DNA of 64,000 bases from a virus (Duplodnaviria; Caudoviricetes): the IMG/VR virus record IMGVR_UViG_3300031998_000005; one strand, 5' to 3'. Numbering within the stretch: the first letter of the stretch is position 1; every line of letters begins with the position of its first letter. A model generated the notes under the pieces. The model made no database searches. It saw nothing but the letters and a program-made list of their open reading frames with translations, and had not been told where the DNA came from. The position numbers and the translations under genes are program-made. Positions 30,115 to 38,541 of the stretch are shown here, one piece after another.

Positions 30115-30334
30115 ATCCTACGACTGCGACAACTGCACGTGCTATAACCTGGAAATGGCTAAAATCATCCGCAAGAAAAATGGCAAGCGTAAACTTGTAT
30201 GGGTGCATATCGCCCCGTGTGATTGGCACGGACGCATCAAGCAGACAGACCCAAAACTGCGATTTAACGACTATGACCAATTTATCCTTGGTAGACAGAA
30301 AAAGGGTATCATCCCGAAGGGTGCCGATGTATAG
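30098..30334 (+). CDS. Hypothetical protein
   Basis: AAGGA RBS. Confidence 0.55.
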   Translation: MLRIRESYDCDNCTCYNLEMAKIIRKKNGKRKLVWVHIAPCDWHGRIKQTDPKLRFNDYDQFILGRQKKGIIPKGADV

Positions 30335-30680
30335 TGTTTATAAAAAACATTTAGTTATGGAACTTGAATGCCTCGGTAGCAAGTTCTATAAGTTCGGGAT
30401 ATTGCACACCGCAACTATCTCGTTTGAATCCGATGAAGAATCGGGCAGTTCCGATTATGCCACCATTACCTTCAACTTTGATTCATTTAATGCAAATACT
30501 CCCCAAGGTGTTCTGTGCATTGATAACTTGATGGTGGACTTGCGGACGAAGAAAATCCGTTCTTGGTGCAAGAGTATCTACGACTTTGTTGAACTAGGCA
30601 CTATGAAAGATTTTAACACCCCCGAAGAAGCCATTGACATCCTTGCACAAGTGATGGAAGACATCAAGGAAAAAGAATAA
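30327..30680 (+). CDS. Hypothetical protein
   Basis: Overlap packing. Confidence 0.6.
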   Translation: MYSVYKKHLVMELECLGSKFYKFGILHTATISFESDEESGSSDYATITFNFDSFNANTPQGVLCIDNLMVDLRTKKIRSWCKSIYDFVELGTMKDFNTPEEAIDILAQVMEDIKEKE

Positions 30681-30692
30681 GGAAACCGCCCT

Positions 30693-31526
30693 ATGCTGAA
30701 AGCCCTCAAGAACCTAATCAAACCCATCGTCCTACGTTATTGCAGGAAAGAACACGTAAGGAAATACGACAGCCACGGAAACGTGATTCGTGAAATCTTT
30801 TTCAGTTTTTTCGGTGACGAGAAACGCAGCCACCTGTTCACCTACGATGACCAAAACAGGATGCTGACCTGGGTTGCATCTACTAACGGCAAGATAGATA
30901 TGGTCATCACGCACGACTATACTGCGAATATCGGGGAGCAAAAGGACTACGAATACGAAAACGGTAAACGGGTATTGAAGCGTCACTCCATCGGGTATCA
31001 CGACAAAGATGGAACGCTTATTAAATCCATTGTAAACGGGGTAGAACAGGCAGTTCCTTCTCACACCGTCGTGGGCAACACGGAAATTGAAAAATATACC
31101 GAACAGGATGGAACGGAAAAGACGTGGCAGACCATTAAAGACAAGAAAGGGCGTGACCTGTTCTCCCACTGCCATAGCGTAGAAGTTGATGGCATCGTTG
31201 AAGATACTTACGTTCTTACGACCCATAGGGATGACGGGCAGTTAGGGAGTCGCATACGCTACCAGGAATTTCCCAATAGTTCCAAGGCAAGTTATTTTAC
31301 AAGAACATCCTGTCACTATGATATTTACGGCAGGATAGAGTCTTCCAACGAAGAAAGCACTTATGGCTATTACAGGAGCAGGCATTATTACTCCAAAGAC
31401 GGCACTGAAGATTTTTATGTCGCTGAAAGTTCCTTGACAGGATATTACGGCACACTCACAAAGAAAAAAGACAACGTAGAAATTAAATACATTATCCCGC
31501 CCAGGTGGGCATTCATCTTCAAGTAA
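30693..31526 (+). CDS. YD/RHS-repeat-like protein
   Basis: YDSHGNV, TYDDQNR, HDKDGTL, HYDIYGR repeats. Confidence 0.6.
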   Translation: MLKALKNLIKPIVLRYCRKEHVRKYDSHGNVIREIFFSFFGDEKRSHLFTYDDQNRMLTWVASTNGKIDMVITHDYTANIGEQKDYEYENGKRVLKRHSIGYHDKDGTLIKSIVNGVEQAVPSHTVVGNTEIEKYTEQDGTEKTWQTIKDKKGRDLFSHCHSVEVDGIVEDTYVLTTHRDDGQLGSRIRYQEFPNSSKASYFTRTSCHYDIYGRIESSNEESTYGYYRSRHYYSKDGTEDFYVAESSLTGYYGTLTKKKDNVEIKYIIPPRWAFIFK

Positions 31527-31536
31527 TGGAGAACTT

Positions 31537-31932
31537 ATGGAAAACAAGAAAGATACGGAAATTCCACTCAATGAAATGTGGAAACACGTAGGCACACACG
31601 AATTAAAAAAGTTGTTTGAAGCCTACCCGATTCCCGATGCGATGGATTACTTGCAGGACCACACACGAGAAATCGCAGCCAAAGTTTTAGAGCCTACTAT
31701 CCAAGGACTTGCCGTGCAGATTCTCACGGACATTATGAACAAGTATTCGTCCAACAAATTAAACGAGAAACCTTGGGATTTCACATCACGATTAGATACC
31801 CCCATTATCCAGGTCAATGTCAAACTGCCGAAAGACTTGCCCCGATGGGTGTGTGATATGTCCCACATTGAAATACAGATTATCCCTAGAAAATATCTTC
31901 CATTTAATTCCGATACCGAGGAAGTAAAATGA
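31537..31932 (+). CDS. Hypothetical protein
   Basis: GGAG RBS. Confidence 0.65.
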   Translation: MENKKDTEIPLNEMWKHVGTHELKKLFEAYPIPDAMDYLQDHTREIAAKVLEPTIQGLAVQILTDIMNKYSSNKLNEKPWDFTSRLDTPIIQVNVKLPKDLPRWVCDMSHIEIQIIPRKYLPFNSDTEEVK

Positions 31933-32318
31933 TTACCCGTGTCACTGAATGGGTGCTGACGGGCTACGATTGTAGATGTGGAGAAATCTACACCCGTGTT
32001 CCATACAACGTAGCAACGGCTTCGCTTGTCTTGGATTCCGTATGGAGCAGATACGGGAGATTGCCTCCCCGTATGCTTGCAGAACCTTACAATCGTGGAT
32101 TGTTTGATGACTGCATAAACGCATTTATGGAATGGGTCGGGGAAACATCGGACGTTATGCGTAGCAAGTATCTGCGACAGATGGCTACGGATTGCACCCA
32201 TTATTTCCTGGGGTCGTTCGCCAATCGTAGCCCCGACCACGACCGCTTGTTGAACAGCACCAAAGAGCAAGTAAGAAAGGAACTCAACAAGATTATGGAG
32301 CGTGAAGCCTACGGATAA
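31929..32318 (+). CDS. Hypothetical protein
   Basis: GAGG RBS, ATGA overlap. Confidence 0.65.
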   Translation: MITRVTEWVLTGYDCRCGEIYTRVPYNVATASLVLDSVWSRYGRLPPRMLAEPYNRGLFDDCINAFMEWVGETSDVMRSKYLRQMATDCTHYFLGSFANRSPDHDRLLNSTKEQVRKELNKIMEREAYG

Positions 32319-32337
32319 AAAAAATTTAGCGAACCCC

Positions 32338-32366
32338 TTGACAATCGGATTTCAGTAATCTATATT
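32338..32366 (+). promoter_or_regulatory. Promoter of leader peptide / tRNA operon
   Basis: TTGACA-17-TATATT. Confidence 0.8.
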
Positions 32367-32389
32367 ATGGACCGTATAGGAAAATCACT

Positions 32390-32473
32390 ATGAGAAAGAA
32401 CTACGCAAATAATTTCTTCTTTGAAGCCGAGGCTAGTGCCGAAGCCTATTTTGCGTATGCCTTGCAGTGGTGA
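32390..32473 (+). CDS. Attenuator leader peptide MRKNYANNFFFEAEASAEAYFAYALQW
   Basis: AGGA RBS; codons 4-24 use only the six amino acids of the downstream tRNAs. Confidence 0.8.
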   Translation: MRKNYANNFFFEAEASAEAYFAYALQW

Positions 32474-32516
32474 TTTTCCAAGTGCTTTTAATGGGTTAAA
32501 CAGGAAACTCCACTGC
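32464..32516 (+). promoter_or_regulatory. Antiterminator stem
   Basis: GCAGTGGTGATTTTCC (32464-79) pairs with GGAAACTCCACTGC (32503-16), the terminator 5' arm. Confidence 0.7.
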
Positions 32517-32539
32517 GTATGCGGTGGAGTTTTTCTTTT
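32505..32539 (+). terminator. Attenuator terminator before tRNA operon
   Basis: AAACTCCACTGC-GTAT-GCGGTGGAGTTT then TTCTTTT. Confidence 0.85.
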
Positions 32540-32547
32540 ATCCTTAT

Positions 32548-32622
32548 GTGGCGGTAGCGTCAGCCTGGTAGAGCAGGGGACTGAAAATCCTCGTGTCGGT
32601 GGTTCAAATCCACCCCGTCGCA
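32548..32622 (+). tRNA. tRNA-Phe(GAA)
   Basis: GGGGA-CT-GAA-AA-TCCTC; GGTGG-TTCAAAT-CCACC. Confidence 0.88.
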
Positions 32623-32633
32623 CGAACAAATTT

Positions 32634-32706
32634 GGTTTCATCGTCTAGTGGTCAAGGACATTAGGTTTTCAACCTAAAGACTAGGGTTCAAGCCCCTATG
32701 AAACTA
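32634..32706 (+). tRNA. tRNA-Glu(TTC)
   Basis: GGTTTCA/TGAAACT; TTAGG-TT-TTC-AA-CCTAA. Confidence 0.88.
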
Positions 32707-32710
32707 CTAT

Positions 32711-32783
32711 GGGACGTTAGTTCAGTTGGTAGAACGCCTGCCTTGCAAGCAGGAGGTCATCGGTTCAAGTCCGATACGCTCCA
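32711..32783 (+). tRNA. tRNA-Ala(TGC)
   Basis: CCTGC-CT-TGC-AA-GCAGG; G3:U70 identity pair. Confidence 0.92.
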
Positions 32784-32792
32784 CTACATTTT

Positions 32793-32865
32793 TCTGCCCT
32801 AGTTTAATGGTAAAACACCCGCCTGTTAAGCGGAGAGAGTCCACGTCCGAATCGTGGGAGTAGAG
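32793..32865 (+). tRNA. tRNA-Asn(GTT)
   Basis: CCGC-CT-GTT-AA-GCGG; CCACG-TCCGAAT-CGTGG; G discriminator. Confidence 0.8.
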
Positions 32866-32872
32866 CGAATTT

Positions 32873-32955
32873 GGATAGGTATGCAAGTGGCTAAAGCAGG
32901 CGGTCTGTAAAACCGCCCCCTTCGGGGTTCGTAGGTCCGAAACCTACCCTATCCA
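32873..32955 (+). tRNA. tRNA-Tyr(GTA)
   Basis: GGATAGG/CCTATCC; GCGGT-CT-GTA-AA-ACCGC; variable arm CCCCTTCGGGG. Confidence 0.9.
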
Positions 32956-32960
32956 CGAAT

Positions 32961-33043
32961 GGAGAATTACGCTAATTGGTAAGCGACCTCGGTGCTAACG
33001 AGGCGGGTGCAAGCCCTTACAGGTTCAAGTCCTGTATTCTCCG
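32961..33043 (+). tRNA. tRNA-Ser(GCT)
   Basis: GGAGAAT/ATTCTCC; CCTCG-GT-GCT-AA-CGAGG; long variable arm; G discriminator. Confidence 0.88.
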
Positions 33044-33146
33044 TTAGGTTTTTGACAGTATTTTGTGAATATCCTGTTTGCTTTTTGTAGTAAATAGTTA
33101 TATATTAAGTATAAATTCTACAAAATCCCCCGACAAGGAAATCACA

Positions 33147-33464
33147 ATGGCTGAAAATTTCTACAAACTCTTACATCAGCGGATAGCCGAACACGCTGAA
33201 AAAGACCTGGCTAGGTATGGAATATGCCTAAACCGCACACCCGCCAAGCCCATCACACGGCAACGCAAATGGCTTGACAAGTTCAAGGCTCTCCACGGGA
33301 TGTCTTACAGCACGTGGCTTTACAGGCAGAAACATAGCCACCCCGCAGAAACAACAGAAAAGCCCGTAGAACCGCAGGCAGAAAGCCCAATAGAGCAGAC
33401 AACCACACCGATAGAAACCCCGCTGATGTTGCCACAGGAAACGCCTATTCCTGCCCTCGCCTAG
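33147..33464 (+). CDS. Hypothetical protein
   Basis: AAGGA RBS; motif shared with sigma-like C-terminus. Confidence 0.6.
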   Translation: MAENFYKLLHQRIAEHAEKDLARYGICLNRTPAKPITRQRKWLDKFKALHGMSYSTWLYRQKHSHPAETTEKPVEPQAESPIEQTTTPIETPLMLPQETPIPALA

Positions 33465-33513
33465 CCTGCTCCCGCACCCTAGAAATTTTTTCATAAAAAT
33501 CTAACAAGTCCTA

Positions 33514-33542
33514 TTGACAGGAACTTGGTATTTTGTTATATT
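33514..33542 (+). promoter_or_regulatory. Class I early promoter
   Basis: TTGACA-17-TATATT plus leader. Confidence 0.85.
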
Positions 33543-33578
33543 TAGGGATAAGATAACCACATTAACCGAGAACCCCCG

Positions 33579-34019
33579 ATGATTAAAATAAGAACCGAGT
33601 TATTCACGAATGCTCCTAACGATTGTAAAATTACTTGTGATGACAAGTATCTAATCCTATGCTTGCACGAGATTGTCAAGACTTTGGAGATTGAGAAAGT
33701 CACGGACATTCAAGATAACGCTTTTTCGTTTTCAGTAAAGCACAAGGACGAAATCCTGTCCGTTATAGGACAAATGGAAACCAAGGTTCTCCCGTTCTGT
33801 GCCGAGGCACATCGTCGTAGATGGTGGCGAAAGAAACAAAAGTTTTGGCTTGCTTGGGCTGCGGGGTGGGGAATCCTTGACTTTACCTTTGAAATCATAG
33901 ATTGGCTCAACGGCAAGTGGCAGAACGCCTTGGTCATCGGGCTATGCGGACTATGGGTAGTTCTGTGGTCACTCCGCAACTATTGGGAAGCAAAGAACTT
34001 TGAAAATGGGGAGTCTTGA
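33579..34019 (+). CDS. Membrane hypothetical protein
   Basis: Two C-terminal TM segments. Confidence 0.65.
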   Translation: MIKIRTELFTNAPNDCKITCDDKYLILCLHEIVKTLEIEKVTDIQDNAFSFSVKHKDEILSVIGQMETKVLPFCAEAHRRRWWRKKQKFWLAWAAGWGILDFTFEIIDWLNGKWQNALVIGLCGLWVVLWSLRNYWEAKNFENGES

Positions 34020-34022
34020 CCT

Positions 34023-34214
34023 ATGGCAAATAAAAAAATTGATAAAGTATGGGAAGCCCTGGGAAAGATTGTAGAAAAGCGAAACATCACAATCTATACA
34101 GCGACCCAACCGCCTAGACCCGATTGTGGACATTCTCATTATAATCCACCTACGGGAAATGAAATAGTTGTTGTAGATTACGTGGGGCATATACTCCCAA
34201 AGGATTCCGTATGA
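34023..34214 (+). CDS. Hypothetical protein
   Basis: GGAG RBS. Confidence 0.55.
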   Translation: MANKKIDKVWEALGKIVEKRNITIYTATQPPRPDCGHSHYNPPTGNEIVVVDYVGHILPKDSV

Positions 34215-34420
34215 AAACTTGGTTTGATAAAAAATTCAGCACTACCGAATGGTGGGAAACCCGATTGAAGAACGTAGCCAAATCTCTTGGCTTGGAAATC
34301 TCGTGGGCTAGTTGCTATTTCGCACACTTGACAGCGGGGCGACACCTTAATTGGCGTTGCGTTGGCGGGTGGCTCAAGCACTTGGACTATGCCACGAACC
34401 ACCCAGGTTTTGACTTTTAA
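34211..34420 (+). CDS. Hypothetical protein
   Basis: ATGA overlap. Confidence 0.55.
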   Translation: MKTWFDKKFSTTEWWETRLKNVAKSLGLEISWASCYFAHLTAGRHLNWRCVGGWLKHLDYATNHPGFDF

Positions 34421-34441
34421 TAAAAAATTTCAAAAATACTA

Positions 34442-34470
34442 TTGACAAGTGCTTGGTATTTTGTTATATT
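34442..34470 (+). promoter_or_regulatory. Class I early promoter
   Basis: TTGACA-17-TATATT plus leader. Confidence 0.85.
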
Positions 34471-34505
34471 TGGGTTAAAGACAACCACCAACCGAGGATA
34501 ACTCA

Positions 34506-34886
34506 ATGCAGAAAATGATTACGAACCCGATTCTTTCGGCTCTCAAAAAGACCCCGTATGCTTCTACCGATGGCGTGGAAAGGGATGATAAGAAAGTCAT
34601 CGCCCGCTATTTCCTGCCTGGAACGGGATGCACGTGGTATGTGCTTGAAGACGATGGGTTCTTCACGGACGATGAACACAAGGACGCAGACCACATTGAC
34701 CCGAATATGATTGTGTTCGGGGCTGCGACCATCGGCTACGGCTTGGAACTTGGCTCTATCTCTTTGAAGGAAGTGTTTGAAACACGTGGAGCATTCGGAC
34801 TCCGTGCCGAACGGGATATTTCTGTGAAGCCCCTTGAAGAAACTCTTGGCACTCTCCGCAAGCGTTATGGCGAGGATTGGCAGTAA
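34506..34886 (+). CDS. DUF2958-family protein
   Basis: YFLP....TWYVLE...FG.....ELG.ISL.E......ERD. Confidence 0.7.
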   Translation: MQKMITNPILSALKKTPYASTDGVERDDKKVIARYFLPGTGCTWYVLEDDGFFTDDEHKDADHIDPNMIVFGAATIGYGLELGSISLKEVFETRGAFGLRAERDISVKPLEETLGTLRKRYGEDWQ

Positions 34887-34887
34887 T

Positions 34888-35343
34888 ATGACCCTTACGG
34901 AACTCATTGAAGCAAGCAAGAACGGTCCTGTGTATATCCGTCAAAAGCACCCCCGCCACGTAGATGGGGGGCTTTGTCGGGAGGCATATTCTACGACCTA
35001 TCTGCTTGTGAACTCCCTGTCCAAAGTTCCCTGTGGTTATAACTACGGGGTTCTCTTACAGGATTTCGCCTTGGAAGTTCGGATGTCCGTGGAATATGTA
35101 GAGTATTACGAACCTTGGACGGGAAAGCAGTTTTCCCCGACTTGTGTTATTGAATTTGACTGCGACAAGTTTCAGCACGTCACCGAAGAATGGCTCTCCC
35201 AATGGGAGTTCGTGGAAGACAACCGCCTGCCCGATAACATCGCAAATTTTGTAGAAGACAAACTTTACACCGAAATGGACAATGCCGAAACCCGTTGGAT
35301 TGCGTGGCAAGGCATACAGGAGAAGATTGATGAACGCCTTTAA
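34888..35343 (+). CDS. Hypothetical protein
   Basis: GAGG RBS. Confidence 0.65.
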   Translation: MTLTELIEASKNGPVYIRQKHPRHVDGGLCREAYSTTYLLVNSLSKVPCGYNYGVLLQDFALEVRMSVEYVEYYEPWTGKQFSPTCVIEFDCDKFQHVTEEWLSQWEFVEDNRLPDNIANFVEDKLYTEMDNAETRWIAWQGIQEKIDERL

Positions 35344-35662
35344 TATCGTTGTAGATGACTCCGAGCAGTCCTTTATGATTATCGCTATGAACCGCACCCT
35401 GCTTACCTGGATGCACGATTTTCTTAAAGATAATGATGCACTGCAAAAGTATGGACCGTTCCTTAATGGAATCAGCCGTAGCGTATCTCGTATGTGTGTG
35501 GACAGGTTTATTGTCGGCACAAACGATACAAAGGTATGCTACGACCTCGCTGATGCCGTGCAGAAAGCCGTTGTGGACGCTATTCAGCATAAGTTGATAC
35601 CTACCCCTAGCGAACAATTTAGTAGCCTGGAAGACGCTATTAAACTGCTCTCCGACAAGTGA
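35330..35662 (+). CDS. Hypothetical protein
   Basis: AGGAG RBS. Confidence 0.6.
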   Translation: MNAFNIVVDDSEQSFMIIAMNRTLLTWMHDFLKDNDALQKYGPFLNGISRSVSRMCVDRFIVGTNDTKVCYDLADAVQKAVVDAIQHKLIPTPSEQFSSLEDAIKLLSDK

Positions 35663-35669
35663 GGATTTT

Positions 35670-36011
35670 ATGAACGCACAAGTGGAACTATTTACCATTG
35701 AAATTCAGTCCCTTTCGGATTACGAATACCTCGCCCAAAAGGTCAAGGACTACCACGATGATGTGGTGTCTGCCCTGTTGAGCCTTTCCCATCGTAATCC
35801 CAAGAAATATAACCTGTCGGCTTTCCGTATCTGCCACGATGCCGATTTCGTATGGACAGCGGGAACTGATACGATTACCGCTACCACGCAGGACATTCTT
35901 GCTCTCTATCTTGGTGGAAATCAAGCGTGGGCACAGATGAAACAAGCCGAGCATAAGGCTGAAATAAACGCTTTCAAACGTAAAATCAAAAAGGAAGGTT
36001 TGTGGATATGA
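35670..36011 (+). CDS. Hypothetical protein
   Basis: GAGG RBS. Confidence 0.65.
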   Translation: MNAQVELFTIEIQSLSDYEYLAQKVKDYHDDVVSALLSLSHRNPKKYNLSAFRICHDADFVWTAGTDTITATTQDILALYLGGNQAWAQMKQAEHKAEINAFKRKIKKEGLWI

Positions 36012-36481
36012 CAAACATCGTAATTGTAGATATTGACGGCACGATTACCGATGCTTCGGAACGTGCTAAAAAGTATCTTTCCAAAGAACCGAAAGATTGG
36101 GATAAGTTCTACGATGCCTGTGGTAGCGACAAGCCTATCCAGGAAATCGTGGACCTTGTTTGTGCCTTGTCGGATTCCTACGGGATTGTGTTCTGCACAG
36201 GCAGACGCAGAAGCACGAACGATGCCACCCGTCAGTGGCTTCGTGATAACTTAAAGACGTTCCGATACAGCCGTAACGGTGTGATGGGCTTGCCTATCCT
36301 GTATCGCAACGATGGCGACACCCGACACGACACCCTCGTGAAACCCGAACTGCTTGACGAATATCTGCGACAGCACCCCGATTACAGGGTTTCGTTCATT
36401 CTTGAAGACCGAAACTCTATGGTCAAGAAATGGCGGGAACTTGGTTTCAAGTGCCTGCAAGTAGCCGATGGAGATTTCTAG
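36002..36481 (+). CDS. HAD-family phosphatase, like T4 PseT 3'-phosphatase domain
   Basis: VDIDGT, CTGR, D...K, EDR..VK.WRELG..CLQVADGDF. Confidence 0.85.
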   Translation: MDMTNIVIVDIDGTITDASERAKKYLSKEPKDWDKFYDACGSDKPIQEIVDLVCALSDSYGIVFCTGRRRSTNDATRQWLRDNLKTFRYSRNGVMGLPILYRNDGDTRHDTLVKPELLDEYLRQHPDYRVSFILEDRNSMVKKWRELGFKCLQVADGDF

Positions 36482-36482
36482 T

Positions 36483-36911
36483 ATGACGAAAGACATCCAT
36501 ACAATCGCTAGTTTTGGCGAACTTGAAGTCTATGAACCCGATGACGCTGCGAAAGAACCCTTCGCCAAGTTTTTCCGTATGTCCGATGTTCTTTCCTTTG
36601 CAGAACAGACAGCGAAAAAAGAAGAAGAACTTATAGGAACGCTGTTCCGTCAGTTCGCAGAACTTTCCCGCTACGAGTTCTTTAAGAAGAAACTTTGGAA
36701 GAAAGTAAAGGGTTTCAAGGACACGGACGAAGCCGAGGTCATCATCGCCTTTGCGACTATCCGTCTGCGAAACCTGGGTATCTACACCCGCCCGTGTGGG
36801 TGTGCTTGGTGTTCGTTCGCTAATTGGTCGCACGAAGATGTGAACGAATACTTGAAAGAATATGTGCCTGTGTTTGAAGCCTACAGCAAGTGGTGTATGG
36901 CACAGCGATAA
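36483..36911 (+). CDS. Hypothetical protein
   Basis: GGAG RBS. Confidence 0.65.
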   Translation: MTKDIHTIASFGELEVYEPDDAAKEPFAKFFRMSDVLSFAEQTAKKEEELIGTLFRQFAELSRYEFFKKKLWKKVKGFKDTDEAEVIIAFATIRLRNLGIYTRPCGCAWCSFANWSHEDVNEYLKEYVPVFEAYSKWCMAQR

Positions 36912-37050
36912 AACCATTTAACCGAGGAAACTAAAATGAGCAATCACAATAACTACTCTGCCCCTATGCTTGTTCCCGACCCGAAGAACCCCCGCTCTCT
37001 CTGTGTCCGTAAGAACGCCCCCAAGGAATCCAAGTCCAAGGGGTAGCCCT

Positions 37051-37224
37051 ATGAACGAATGCGAATACTGCAAAGTCGGAGTGGACAAGAAACCCGCCAA
37101 GGGAAAGACACGCTCCAAATACTTTTACAAGGTCTTTGCTAACGGACTTGCGTTCGGGCAAGACAACCACGATATAGCCCTACTCCCCGCCAAATTCTGT
37201 CCGATGTGCGGAAAGGAACTTTAA
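37051..37224 (+). CDS. CxxC...CPMCG zinc-ribbon family member
   Basis: MNECEYC...KFCPMCGKEL. Confidence 0.7.
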   Translation: MNECEYCKVGVDKKPAKGKTRSKYFYKVFANGLAFGQDNHDIALLPAKFCPMCGKEL

Positions 37225-37225
37225 T

Positions 37226-38539
37226 ATGAAATATCTCATTATCCAAACCGATTGGGATGATTACTACGTGGAATGCCCGACCGAGAAATTCTACGAGCGT
37301 CTGTGTTCCTGTGTTCCGCACACATCGGAATTTCGTGGATGGCACGGCAGTGATGAAAAGGAAGGTCGTGAACTTGGACACAAGGGGTCTGTTGAAATCT
37401 TCGGCAGGGATATTATCGCTATTGCCGAGGGCACCGAGAAAGCCCCGTGGAATCCCGAACGACTTAAAGAACAACTGAAACAGACGATTGGCGAAGAATA
37501 TATTTACAGCGGTTCGGCAAACGTGGTCGTCACTACGAACAAGTCCTTGCAGCCGTTTGAACTGACCCCCGAAAATTCTATCATCCTGGGGATGACCAAC
37601 CTTATGTTCTTTGCGAACGGCTACAAGCATCCTATCCCGTGGCTCCGTGCGACGGATAACGATGTATTCAAGGTAATACGCTCCGCAAAGGAATGGTTAG
37701 AGACACATCGCCCGTGGAATATAGAGGGCTACTACAAGCATCTGCTTGTCATCTTCCAAGAAGACCCACGCATTATCCGAGATACTACGGAAACTACCGA
37801 CCCCCTCTACTTGAAAGAAATCCACGACAGGATTGTTTTGGACGTTCCCGACCATCCGATTGTGGCTGACACTAATCGTGTCCAAACAGGTATCAATACT
37901 TTCGTGTCTTGGGGTGGAGCGACTAACGAACTGATTGACAAGGCAACCAACTACGTTCAATCCTTGCTCGTTCCATCGGCTGAAACCCTTAACCTTGAGA
38001 AAACTATGCCCGAACAGAAAGACGATATTCCTACTTATCCGCTTGTCCTGCCCCGTAGCGATGTTCCGACTTATAAGGAACTTGCGACGTGGTTGGCAGA
38101 AGGCAGGGGCGAACTGCTTGACCTTAACAATTTTAATACTGTGAAACACACCCTTGATTATCCTTTGGACAAGGAAAACGAATGCCTGCACCCGTTGGAT
38201 GTATGCTACTACCGAGTGCGTGTCAAAGATGACATTACTTGGCGAAAGCCCGACATCAAATCTATGGGCATTCAGCGATGGGACATCGCCAAGTTTAGCG
38301 TGTATATCGCAACCAAGTATGAAAATGTCGTAAAGGTATCTATGGGTCTATTGGGACCTGACCTGTGCTTGGGTAATCTGCGACTTGCCAACTTTGCCAC
38401 AGGAGCAGTCACCGAAATCGGAGAATCCTTGGGAGAACTCAAGGCATCTACCACGGTGCCGTGGGATAAATTAACCGATAAGGATGTGATGCTCCTTGAA
38501 AAAGACATCCAAAGACTCATTAACGAACACAAGGTATAA
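37226..38539 (+). CDS. Hypothetical protein
   Basis: 437 aa ORF, AAGGA RBS. Confidence 0.8.
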   Translation: MKYLIIQTDWDDYYVECPTEKFYERLCSCVPHTSEFRGWHGSDEKEGRELGHKGSVEIFGRDIIAIAEGTEKAPWNPERLKEQLKQTIGEEYIYSGSANVVVTTNKSLQPFELTPENSIILGMTNLMFFANGYKHPIPWLRATDNDVFKVIRSAKEWLETHRPWNIEGYYKHLLVIFQEDPRIIRDTTETTDPLYLKEIHDRIVLDVPDHPIVADTNRVQTGINTFVSWGGATNELIDKATNYVQSLLVPSAETLNLEKTMPEQKDDIPTYPLVLPRSDVPTYKELATWLAEGRGELLDLNNFNTVKHTLDYPLDKENECLHPLDVCYYRVRVKDDITWRKPDIKSMGIQRWDIAKFSVYIATKYENVVKVSMGLLGPDLCLGNLRLANFATGAVTEIGESLGELKASTTVPWDKLTDKDVMLLEKDIQRLINEHKV

Positions 38540-38541
38540 CT

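Noticed and set aside
32421-32648. 75-aa ORF (and 32360-32641 on -) from the ORF track
   Set aside because: Runs through the terminator and tRNA-Phe; the RBS-led 32390-32473 frame explains the region better.
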